Positions 9,038 to 17,953 of a stretch of 32,000 nucleotides of DNA are shown here, in pieces. The stretch lies in contig JAFGBS010000004.1 in the NCBI GenBank assembly GCA_016933055.1, forward strand, positions 210,001 through 242,000, in the 5' to 3' direction. Position 1 is the stretch's first letter. Each line of letters starts with the position of its first letter. This stretch comes from Promethearchaeota archaeon (lineage in GTDB: Archaea; Asgardarchaeota; Lokiarchaeia; Sigyniarchaeales; Promethearchaeaceae). The translations under genes and the position numbers were made by a program. The notes under the pieces are model-generated. The model was not told where the DNA came from, searched no databases, and saw only the letters and a list, made by a program, of their open reading frames with translations.

Positions 9038-11968
9038 TCATTTCCTCCAAGACAAGAATTGAAAAGTAGATTGCCATGCCTTTTTTAACAAAGAGAGTGG
9101 ACTATTGATGATTATTCCTCCCTCCATCCCTTGTACTACGAAATTTGGACCTTTTATAACTCCAATTTGCGCTATTTCTGTCCCTTCCATAATTTTTTCA
9201 AACTTCTCCTTATTTTTGGGGGATATCGAAACCACAATACGGCTTGCACTCTCTGAGAACAAGAGATAATCATCACGATGGATATTTTCGCGTGGTACTT
9301 TTTTGAGATCAATATGCATTCCTAATCCCCCACTAAGGGAAGATTCTGCTAATGCTACACCTAAACCCCCATCTGAGCAATCGTGAGCAGATGCAATCAA
9401 TCCCTCTTGAATCGCGTTAAATAATGCCCGATAACGAATAATTGCGCTTTTGGGTTCTACTTGAGGTACTATTGTACCTATATACCCTAACTCGTCAAAA
9501 TATTCACTTCCCCCAAGTTCATTTTTGGTCGTTCCCAATACATAGACTAAATCTCCTTCTGTTTTTGCATCTAAAGTAACCACATGCTTAACATCAGGAA
9601 CTTTTCCAATGACGCTAAACATTAATGTTGGGGGAACACTTACTGCGGTATCTCCAATTCGATAATCATTTCTCATAGAATCTTTGCCAGAAATGCATGG
9701 GACTTTATAAGTAGTTGTTATGTCAAAAAGTGCTTTATTTGCTCGAACAAGTAATCCAGTATATCTTACTTCCTCCTCCTCCGTAAAACCCATTGCCCAG
9801 CAAAAATTATCTAAACCCGCAAGATAATTTGGATCTGCTCCCACACATACCGCATTTCGTACCGCTTCATCAATAGCATTTGCTGCCATGGCATAAGTAT
9901 CAATATCAGAATAACGGGGACACAATCCATGTGAAACACTCAACCCCTCCCACGAATCATATATAGGCTTAATAATTGCCGCATCGCTTGGACCGTCATT
10001 CATGACACCCATGAAAGGCTTTACTACAGTACGTGCTTGTACTTCATGATCATATCGTCGAACAATTTCTTCTTTCGAGCAAATATTTAACCTACTTAAT
10101 AGAATTTTTAGGAGAACATTATAATTGTCAACAGGTGGGATCTCAGGCTCTTTTCTTTGAATAGGTTTCCAAACTCCTTTCATCTTTTTTTGAGGAACAC
10201 CTTCATGAAGAAATTCCATCAGAATCTCCCCTATTAGCTTATTTTCATAGAAAAATTGGAAACTTTTCGTAGTAGTGAATTTTCCGATAACTGTTAATTC
10301 AACATCATGTTTTTTTGATAATTCAATTAGCATGTCCAAATTCTCTGGATCAACTGCAAGACTCATCCGTTCCTGTGCTTCACTTAACAAAATTTCCCAC
10401 GGAAGTAATCCTGAATATTTTAGGGGCGCTTTTTCTAAATCTAATTGAACACCAGTAGTGGAACCCATCTCGCCAAAACTGGAAGACAAACCCCCTGCAC
10501 CATTATCAGTAATAGCGTTTAATAAATCAAGATCCCGTGCTTCTAACAGAAAATCTAACATTTTTTTCTGTACAATAGGGGAACCGATTTGTACAGCTGT
10601 ACTGGGGGAGTTTTCATTGATTTCCAAAGATGAGAAGGTTGCTCCATGGATTCCATCAGCTCCAATTCTTCCTCCCACCATGATCGCTAAATCACCGGGT
10701 TTTGGAGCTTTCTCATGAACGGGTTTGTTAGCGATGGTTGTAGGAGCAATTCCTCCAGTACCACAAAAAACTAGGGGTTTTCCAAGGTATCGCTCATCAA
10801 AATACAAACTCCCGTTTATGGTAGGAATACCTGATTGATTTCCTCCATCAATAATTCCTTTATGAACTCCTTTTAAAACCCTTCTCGGATGGAATAGTCG
10901 AGGGGGAATTTCTCCATTGAAAAAAGGGGATGCAAAACAAAATACATCAGTATTAAAAATCAATTGAAATCCTTTCCCCGTTCCTGCAGGATCTCTATTA
11001 CAACCAACAATACCCGTCAATGCTCCACCATAGGGATCTAAAGCTGTAGGAGAGTTATGAGTTTCCACTTTCATGCAAAAAATATGATCGTTATCAAATT
11101 GGATTACACCTGCATTATCCTTGAAAACCGATACCAAATATGGGGAATTGATTTCCTTGGTAGAATTTTGTATATAGGTTTTGAAAATAGAATCAATTAT
11201 TTCTTTCCTATCGGATTCCTGGTACTCAATTAGTGCATTAAAAATTTTATGTTTGCAATGCTCGGACCATGTTTGTGCAATACACTCCAATTCAATATCA
11301 GTAGGATTAAGAGGAAGTCCTTTTTTTTGCCGTTCTTTGCTTCGCTCTGTATAATGAAGCTGAATTGCTTTCATTTCCTCTAAATTAAGTGCCAACAAAC
11401 GCGATTTGCTTATCTCGAGTAATTCTTCATCACTAACCATTACATTAATATCTTCCACAACAGGTACTGTCTGCAATTTGACTTTAGGCACGGAGGGAAA
11501 AAATCCGGAATAGGTTCCCCCATTTTTAATTGTCCATCGTTCGATTAATTCATTTGCAAGCAGGTCTTTTACAATGATTTCTGCGATTTCTGGTTTAACA
11601 CCAAAAAATAGGTATTGCTGGGAATAATATACTCCTTCTAAATCCTTATTTATGGCATCTCTTATTGCTTCTTTAGAAGTCCTTCCAATATTATCAGTAA
11701 CACCTGGTTTATATCCAATTTCCACTATAGTCCCTTCAAAAGGATTCGCAAGGGGGGAATCGATAGTATATTTTTCAATTATTGGGTCCGAAAAGACCTC
11801 TTTTGCAAGAAAATCCAAATGTTGAGGGGATAACTCCCCTCCCTCCAAGGAATATACCTTTATGGATAGAACTTTTTCAACTTCTGTAATTCCCAAATCT
11901 GTAATAATAGCATTTTTTATGCTATCAACCTGATTGATGCCCACTTCGATTCGATGGACGTCTTTCAT
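9038..11968 (-). CDS. purL: Phosphoribosylformylglycinamidine synthase synthetase subunit with PurS-like N-terminal extension
   Basis: QTWSEHCKHKIFNA, KVETHNSP, DNGAGGLSS, LSEAQERM, SGKDSM, HDCSDGG, FSES. About 976 aa from ATG 11968 (MKDVHRIEVG); the ORF track starts at 12004. Confidence 0.96.
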   Translation of the reverse strand: MKDVHRIEVGINQVDSIKNAIITDLGITEVEKVLSIKVYSLEGGELSPQHLDFLAKEVFSDPIIEKYTIDSPLANPFEGTIVEIGYKPGVTDNIGRTSKEAIRDAINKDLEGVYYSQQYLFFGVKPEIAEIIVKDLLANELIERWTIKNGGTYSGFFPSVPKVKLQTVPVVEDINVMVSDEELLEISKSRLLALNLEEMKAIQLHYTERSKERQKKGLPLNPTDIELECIAQTWSEHCKHKIFNALIEYQESDRKEIIDSIFKTYIQNSTKEINSPYLVSVFKDNAGVIQFDNDHIFCMKVETHNSPTALDPYGGALTGIVGCNRDPAGTGKGFQLIFNTDVFCFASPFFNGEIPPRLFHPRRVLKGVHKGIIDGGNQSGIPTINGSLYFDERYLGKPLVFCGTGGIAPTTIANKPVHEKAPKPGDLAIMVGGRIGADGIHGATFSSLEINENSPSTAVQIGSPIVQKKMLDFLLEARDLDLLNAITDNGAGGLSSSFGEMGSTTGVQLDLEKAPLKYSGLLPWEILLSEAQERMSLAVDPENLDMLIELSKKHDVELTVIGKFTTTKSFQFFYENKLIGEILMEFLHEGVPQKKMKGVWKPIQRKEPEIPPVDNYNVLLKILLSRLNICSKEEIVRRYDHEVQARTVVKPFMGVMNDGPSDAAIIKPIYDSWEGLSVSHGLCPRYSDIDTYAMAANAIDEAVRNAVCVGADPNYLAGLDNFCWAMGFTEEEEVRYTGLLVRANKALFDITTTYKVPCISGKDSMRNDYRIGDTAVSVPPTLMFSVIGKVPDVKHVVTLDAKTEGDLVYVLGTTKNELGGSEYFDELGYIGTIVPQVEPKSAIIRYRALFNAIQEGLIASAHDCSDGGLGVALAESSLSGGLGMHIDLKKVPRENIHRDDYLLFSESASRIVVSISPKNKEKFEKIMEGTEIAQIGVIKGPNFVVQGMEGGIIINSPLSLLKKAWQSTFQFLSWRK

Positions 11969-12016
11969 ATTTAGTCTAAAGAAAGAAGGAATAAAAAGTA
12001 ACATAACTCATAGATC

Positions 12017-12883
12017 ATGCATATGACCAAGGATTCTATAATCGATGTAATTAACCGACGAACTTCATGGAGAAGTTATGACACTGATTATTCCGTCCCC
12101 CATGAGATTTTGGACGAATTAAAGGAATATATTGCATCGTTTGAAACAGTCGGTCCCTTTGGAAATAAAGCACGATTCGAACTTCTAAGAATACCAGACG
12201 GGGAGAGAAATAGACTTAATTCTGAATACGGAACATACGGTTTTATTAAAGGTGCAGAATATTTTCTAGCAGGAGCCATCTCAAAGAAAAAATGGGCATT
12301 AGAGGATTTTGGGTATATATTTGAACACATTATCCTAAAAGCGACTGAATTAAACCTCGGTACTTGCTGGATGGCAGGAACTTTCAAACGGAGCACGATT
12401 GCACGGGACATCAACCTTCAGCAAGACGAAATTATCCCTGCAATCACACCCATAGGAATTCCAGCCGAATCTAGGCGTGTTGTCGGAAAATTAATTCGAT
12501 TTGTTATTCGGGCAAAAAAACGCAAACCTTGGGAGGAATTATTCTTTAATGAACCCTTTTTACCACTTAAAAAAGAGATGATTGATGAATCTTCTCAGAC
12601 AGCACTGGAAATGGTTCGACTAGCACCATCAGCTAAGAACAAACAGCCCTGGAGAATAGTACTAGATTCTAAGGGCAATGCCCACTTCTATATCCAAACA
12701 GAATCACGTGATAGCCACATTCATTTTTATCAACGACTGGATATCGGAATCGCTATGTGTCATTTTGAGTTAACAAAACGATATTTTAAGAAAGACGGGA
12801 ATTGGAAAGCATTAGTACCAGAAGTCGACTTCAAATCTCAACCTTATCATTATGTGGCTACATGGATAGAAAAAAATGATTGA
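12017..12883 (+). CDS. Nitroreductase family flavoprotein (two-lobed, FMN-binding)
   Basis: RRTSWRSY, LKATELNLGTCW, RLAPSAKNKQPW, LDIGIAMCHF. Confidence 0.88.
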   Translation: MHMTKDSIIDVINRRTSWRSYDTDYSVPHEILDELKEYIASFETVGPFGNKARFELLRIPDGERNRLNSEYGTYGFIKGAEYFLAGAISKKKWALEDFGYIFEHIILKATELNLGTCWMAGTFKRSTIARDINLQQDEIIPAITPIGIPAESRRVVGKLIRFVIRAKKRKPWEELFFNEPFLPLKKEMIDESSQTALEMVRLAPSAKNKQPWRIVLDSKGNAHFYIQTESRDSHIHFYQRLDIGIAMCHFELTKRYFKKDGNWKALVPEVDFKSQPYHYVATWIEKND

Positions 12884-12972
12884 TTAAAAAATTCGATCAA
12901 AATTGCTAATTGTTGTACTTGAAATTTTTTTAGTATTACCCAAGCTGTGATTAGATCATAACATTAACTAAG

Positions 12973-13638
12973 ATGAAAAAAATGATTGGAAGCGAATGGG
13001 ACACGATTGTTAATTATATAAAATATTATTTTGAACAATTTATGGCGTGGTTTCAAGCTCTGGAATTACCTGCACAAGTTCTGGTAGCCGTTTTACTATT
13101 TTTTGGCTTTATAGCTTTAGCTTATATCATCTACGGTTCATTCTGGATAACAATTCAATCTATCAAGTTCTCAATTCTGGTAGCAGGAATTAGCATATAT
13201 ATCACATTTGTGATATTAGGTTTACCATTAGTGGCATTATCTGGTGTGAAGAATATTCCGATATACTGGACAAGAGCTGGAGAAAATGTTAAATGGTTCG
13301 TAGCTAGTATGTATCCGTTGAAAGCAGATGCAAAACCCGTAAAAATGGTATCATATGCACCAAAAACTAGTCAAAATTCTCCTGTAGTGATCATCAAAGA
13401 AAAGAATGCACAACCAAAATTGGAACGACTTCAATCGGTGGATTATGGATCGAAAACAGAACACTATCATCAAGAACCATCCGAAGAAATTCCACAGCTT
13501 ATTGATTCACCTAAAGTCATTGAAAGCTTTTGCCCAGATTGCGGGGCGCCATTTAGTGAGCGTATGAAATACGTTCTTTCAGAGAAAATATTCACATTTT
13601 GTGAAGAATGTGGCTCCAAGATCTATAAACGGGAATAA
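12973..13638 (+). CDS. Hypothetical membrane protein with C-terminal zinc ribbon
   Basis: Two to three hydrophobic segments in the N-terminal half, a polar linker, and C-terminal CPDCG...FCEECG. Confidence 0.7.
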   Translation: MKKMIGSEWDTIVNYIKYYFEQFMAWFQALELPAQVLVAVLLFFGFIALAYIIYGSFWITIQSIKFSILVAGISIYITFVILGLPLVALSGVKNIPIYWTRAGENVKWFVASMYPLKADAKPVKMVSYAPKTSQNSPVVIIKEKNAQPKLERLQSVDYGSKTEHYHQEPSEEIPQLIDSPKVIESFCPDCGAPFSERMKYVLSEKIFTFCEECGSKIYKRE

Positions 13639-13650
13639 GAAATATCTTAA

Positions 13651-13698
13651 ATTCTGATTTTTATTTTTTCGTTCTAATATTCTGCTTTTTTCTCTTTA
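13651..13698 (+). terminator. T-rich tract after the 12973-13638 gene, candidate archaeal terminator
   Basis: Several oligo-T runs directly after the stop codon and before the convergent tRNA-Leu. Confidence 0.35.
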
Positions 13699-13737
13699 TC
13701 AAATCATTATATAATAACTATGGGAAATAGGCAGAAA

Positions 13738-13841
13738 TGCAGAGGGAGGGATTTGAACCCCCGCTTCTCTATGAACCAGAGCCTCAGTCTCGCCAATCGG
13801 TGAAGATTCTGGCGCCGTAGACCTGGCTTGGCTACCTCTGC
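13738..13841 (-). tRNA. tRNA-Leu(GAG) with a 20-nt intron at non-canonical position 30/31
   Basis: Acceptor GCAGAGG/CCTCTGC, discriminator A, T-loop TTCAAAT, 13-nt variable arm. After removing 13789-13808 the anticodon arm reads CCAGA-CT-GAG-GC-TCTGG. Confidence 0.93.
13789..13808 (-). other. tRNA intron (30/31) with relaxed BHB junction
   Basis: Central helix CGCC/GGCG with 3-nt bulges AG|A on both strands. Four splice registers give the same mature tRNA, and only 30/31 gives this helix. Confidence 0.8.
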
Positions 13842-13931
13842 TCTTTTACTTTCCCGAACAATCCACTTTTAAATTCTTTTTCGAATAAGTTTGAAATTTA
13901 GTTGTTAAGTGTAATAAACTAATTTGATAAT

Positions 13932-15818
13932 TCAGATTTTAATTTTTCGGCTTTCTAATTCCAGATAGATTCGTTTGAATCCATTTATGCATAATACAAT
14001 CCCAAATAATGTAAACACTACTAAGGCTATTTCTTGCATATTTGCAGTATGGAAAAATTTGTCTTCCAAAAACAATGTCTTATTCCATAGAAGAAATGAA
14101 TATAAAAACATAACCGCAGCCATTAAGAATAAAAAGCTTCCCAAAACTATGTTAAAACGGTAAATAACCTCCCGTTTTCCCCTTCCTAACTCAACAATTT
14201 CCGAAACCACTTGTGCATTGCTATCTAATTTTTTTGTTCGTTGTTGGATAATAGTATCAAGAGGTTTAATATCCAAAACAATCGAGATAAGACTGAAAAA
14301 GCAAATTATAACTATTGGAATCCCGTCTAATTTTTCGATAAACTGTAGGAAGAATCCTTCTAACATAACAAAATCATTTTTTGTGAAGATGATGATGGTG
14401 ACCGTTAAAATCACAGCTGCAAGTTTAGTACCGCTCAACATCAGTAATACTCTTTCGCGTTTAGCCAGTTTTAAACCATAAATTACTACACCAAATAAAG
14501 TCATCAAAATCCCTATTGCCAGACCATTAGGCGCAATAAAGATAACCAAAATAAGGCATATCACTCCCGTTAATAGCGGCAATATTGGATAGAATTTTGC
14601 CTTAAATTGACGTTTCAAATTTGGGCGCTTTCTTCTTAGAATTATAACACTAAAGGATAACAAACACATGGATAGGATAATAGAAAAGTTGGAGAAATCT
14701 ATTAGAATGTTTATATTACTGGAATTGAAGAATAAGGTTGAGATTAAAATAAATAAACAACTGGTTAAAATCGTAATTCTGGGAATATTAGATGGATGGT
14801 GGATTTTCATCTCAGCGAATCTGCTAGGTAAATATCCATCCCGAGCCATTGCATAAGAGATTCGGTAGGATAATTGTATTGCTGCTTGTGCTGATGTCAT
14901 GGTGGAGATCATACCTGCAAATCCAATTAGATATAATCCAATTGGTCCGATTACTGTATTCAAAGTCTCAGCTAAGGGATTATTGGATTGTGTAATTTTT
15001 TCCCAAACACTTCCTCCAGTTTCTCCCATATTGATTATAGTAGTTAAACTAACGAGAAAATAGATACAGAGCCCTATCAAGATAGAAATAAGAAAAGCTC
15101 GTGGGATTTTTTTACCAGGTTGCCTAATTTGGTCAATACTTGCAGTTATTGATTCGAAGGCCGAATTCCATTCATATAAACAAAATATTCCGAACAAAAT
15201 GGGACTTACTCGTATCACATCCGTAAAACTTACATCTTCAAGGATATCTGGAGGATTAAAATTCTGGGTATTCAAAAATGGCCCTAAACTTAATCCCAAT
15301 ATAATATAAATTACGAATCCAAAGAGTAAAATCCAAGTGAACACTTTCATGATTTTTTGCAGCTTTTTATAGGCAATTAAATTCAACACACTTAAGATCA
15401 ATATCACGCCAAATCCAACGAAAGATAAATAGTTAGTAGCCAGATTCTGCTGGTTGGGAAAGAAAATAGATAAAGATAATCCGAACCCCAATCCTGATAA
15501 GGCAGAAAATGCCATATTACCTAAGAGTAAAAGCCAACCGATTAGGTATCCCCAAAAGCCTCCTATGGCTTCCCGTGAGAAGGAGTATCCCCCCCCTAAA
15601 ATCGGAAGAGAGAGTGAAAGCTCTACGTAATTTTGAACTAACATCACGACCAGAATTCCAAGTAATAGAATTGAAAAGAGTACCCCAGCACCTGCTTGCC
15701 GAATTGACTGCCCAATAATTACATATATGGTCCCTCCGATCGTCCCGCCCAGACCTGTGAATATTAGAGAACGCAATTTAACATCTTTTTTTTTCGCAAC
15801 CTTTTCTTGGTCAATCAT
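13932..15818 (-). CDS. APC-superfamily amino acid permease with extra C-terminal membrane segments
   Basis: TM1 GGTIGGTIY, GGGYSFSREAIG, RISYAMARDGYLP, RRKRPNLKRQFKA, followed by about 170 extra aa with four more hydrophobic segments. Confidence 0.88.
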   Translation of the reverse strand: MIDQEKVAKKKDVKLRSLIFTGLGGTIGGTIYVIIGQSIRQAGAGVLFSILLLGILVVMLVQNYVELSLSLPILGGGYSFSREAIGGFWGYLIGWLLLLGNMAFSALSGLGFGLSLSIFFPNQQNLATNYLSFVGFGVILILSVLNLIAYKKLQKIMKVFTWILLFGFVIYIILGLSLGPFLNTQNFNPPDILEDVSFTDVIRVSPILFGIFCLYEWNSAFESITASIDQIRQPGKKIPRAFLISILIGLCIYFLVSLTTIINMGETGGSVWEKITQSNNPLAETLNTVIGPIGLYLIGFAGMISTMTSAQAAIQLSYRISYAMARDGYLPSRFAEMKIHHPSNIPRITILTSCLFILISTLFFNSSNINILIDFSNFSIILSMCLLSFSVIILRRKRPNLKRQFKAKFYPILPLLTGVICLILVIFIAPNGLAIGILMTLFGVVIYGLKLAKRERVLLMLSGTKLAAVILTVTIIIFTKNDFVMLEGFFLQFIEKLDGIPIVIICFFSLISIVLDIKPLDTIIQQRTKKLDSNAQVVSEIVELGRGKREVIYRFNIVLGSFLFLMAAVMFLYSFLLWNKTLFLEDKFFHTANMQEIALVVFTLFGIVLCINGFKRIYLELESRKIKI

Positions 15819-15880
15819 GTGGGTTAGTCTCTCCTATTCGACATTCAACTACTAGACTACGTTAGGTATATCTTTTATGA

Positions 15881-16933
15881 TCAAACTAATTCCTCTCGAA
15901 ATTCTTCCCATACTGATTCAATACTCATCGGTTGGAATTCTTCTTTGGAAAACTCCCTTTTGCATAAATTATAGAGTTTTTGATTAATTGCTGGCTCAAA
16001 TCCATTTTTTTTTGCCAAATTGATAAAATAACCATTAATAGATTCTAGTTCCGTATCCAATGATTTATTAATGAGTAAATCCTGAGCCATAGAATTGATC
16101 CCTGTTGTTTTTTCTAAGGTTTTCCGAAAAATAGAATTAGTAATAAACCCGGGAAGGCTGGAGGCTAATCTTAGTAAAAACCACGATGGTAAGGATCCTA
16201 ATTTCACCTCTTTATATCCTGCCTTTTTTAAAATCTGCAAACCTTCAGTCATAATTGCGGTGGTCAATTTACGGAATTTGGGTAGAGAAGGTATTAGGCG
16301 GAATCCGAGCCCAATTAAAGTAAAAAATGCATTAGTAAGATTTAACAGAATTTTGTTGTGGGCTGCATCTACATACCGTGAGGTCACTGTACAATCAAAT
16401 GATGGGGTAAAAATTGATTGGATGTAATCTAGATCCTTTTGGAGCGTATTTTGGGGGGTTCCTAATATAATCGGACCTTTCTCTTTAAATCCAATTACAT
16501 TAGCTGTTTTATCTCTCCATGCATTATAACATATTACTCCAAAGATAACGCGAGGGAAGTATTTTGGTACAATCTTAAGATTCACTATTCCATTCTGAAG
16601 AGTAACGATAATGAGGTCTTTGGATTGGGTTTTATTTCTTATATCTTGACATACTTCTTCTAGACTGTAATTCTTAACGGTAATGATGATGATTTCGGGT
16701 TCCTCCATTAGATCTTCCATGCGTTCGATAAGTGATACTGAGGGTATTTGGTCCTTTCGATCCGAGGTATTTTCATACACCGTTAATCCTTTTAAACGAA
16801 TAATTTCTGCAGTCTCGCCTCTTGCGAGAAGATATAAGTTTTTCACATTTGGATAAAGCCATTTATAAAGAGTGCAACCAATTGCTCCTGCTCCATATAT
16901 CAATATTGAACTAGGTGACAAATTTGAATTCAT
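15881..16933 (-). CDS. Ketopantoate reductase (PanE/ApbA) family oxidoreductase
   Basis: Rossmann GAGAIG, TVK, TLQNG, catalytic K in KILLN, SMAQD, ELESING. Confidence 0.88.
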   Translation of the reverse strand: MNSNLSPSSILIYGAGAIGCTLYKWLYPNVKNLYLLARGETAEIIRLKGLTVYENTSDRKDQIPSVSLIERMEDLMEEPEIIIITVKNYSLEEVCQDIRNKTQSKDLIIVTLQNGIVNLKIVPKYFPRVIFGVICYNAWRDKTANVIGFKEKGPIILGTPQNTLQKDLDYIQSIFTPSFDCTVTSRYVDAAHNKILLNLTNAFFTLIGLGFRLIPSLPKFRKLTTAIMTEGLQILKKAGYKEVKLGSLPSWFLLRLASSLPGFITNSIFRKTLEKTTGINSMAQDLLINKSLDTELESINGYFINLAKKNGFEPAINQKLYNLCKREFSKEEFQPMSIESVWEEFREELV

Positions 16934-16985
16934 AAATACTGGTAGGATCTAATAGTTTATAATATCAAGGTTCCTTTCCATCCTA

Positions 16986-17735
16986 ATGGGTGACTATGAA
17001 ACACGAATCAAACAAGCTGCACAATTAATACACAATTCTCAGTATATGGTAATATTTACTGGTGCAGGCGTATCAACCGAATCTGGAATTCCGGACTTTC
17101 GAGGACCCAATGGCTTATGGACTCGAAGGGATAAAGGGCTCTCTCCTCCCAAATCACCCAAATGGTCAAGTGTCGAACCAAACTCTGCACATGACGCTAT
17201 AGTTGAACTTCAAAATATGGGATTGATGAAATTCCTCATTTCACAAAATGTGGATAATTTACATCTGAAATCAGGGATAAAAGAGGAATTGATTGCAGAA
17301 TTTCATGGGAATATGGAACTAATGCGTTGTCTAGACTGTGATAGAAAATATCAAAAAAAAAGGATTTGGGATGAGGAGAAATGGGGGAAAGGCTACCGAG
17401 CCAGTCCAGTAAAAGAGGGTCAAATCCCTTGTCCAGAATGTGGAGGGCGCATAATTTCTTCCATCGTAAATTTTGGAGATCCCATTCCAGACAAAGAATT
17501 AAGTGATTCCTTCAAACATTCGAAAATGGCAGATGTTTTTCTAGTAGTAGGATCATCATTATCTGTCACACCCGCTGCATATTGTCCTCAATATGCATTA
17601 GCGAATCAGGCAGATTTAATCATTATTAACAATCAACCAACACCTTTTGATAATGCTGCAATAATTTTATTTCACGAGAATGCTGGGGAGACACTCACAG
17701 GAATCTTAAAAGAAATCCATCGATTAACAGATTAA
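16986..17735 (+). CDS. cobB: Sir2/CobB family NAD-dependent protein deacylase
   Basis: TGAGVSTESGIPDFRG, SQNVDNLH, EFHG, CxxC...CxxC zinc site, GSSL, IIN. Confidence 0.95.
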   Translation: MGDYETRIKQAAQLIHNSQYMVIFTGAGVSTESGIPDFRGPNGLWTRRDKGLSPPKSPKWSSVEPNSAHDAIVELQNMGLMKFLISQNVDNLHLKSGIKEELIAEFHGNMELMRCLDCDRKYQKKRIWDEEKWGKGYRASPVKEGQIPCPECGGRIISSIVNFGDPIPDKELSDSFKHSKMADVFLVVGSSLSVTPAAYCPQYALANQADLIIINNQPTPFDNAAIILFHENAGETLTGILKEIHRLTD

Positions 17736-17847
17736 CAATTCTCCAGTTATCTATTAGATACTTAATAACTACGCAATTAACAATTGGGTTTTTATAGAGT
17801 ACTAACATTCCTTGTGGTACCGACTAAAATCAATTATACAAAAAAAG

Positions 17848-17908
17848 TCTCATGAAACCGTAATACATGGAAATAAATGCTAAATTAGGCTAATTGGTTT
17901 CAATGAGA
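17848..17908. repeat. Imperfect inverted repeat upstream of cdc6 (mini-ORB-like candidate)
   Basis: TCTCATGAAACC (17848-17859) and GGTTTCAATGAGA (17896-17908; reverse complement TCTCATTGAAACC) flank a 36-bp AT-rich spacer. Confidence 0.45.
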
Positions 17909-17953
17909 TGAGTCTATATGTCGAGGGTGTGAAATATAACGGGAAATAAGCAG

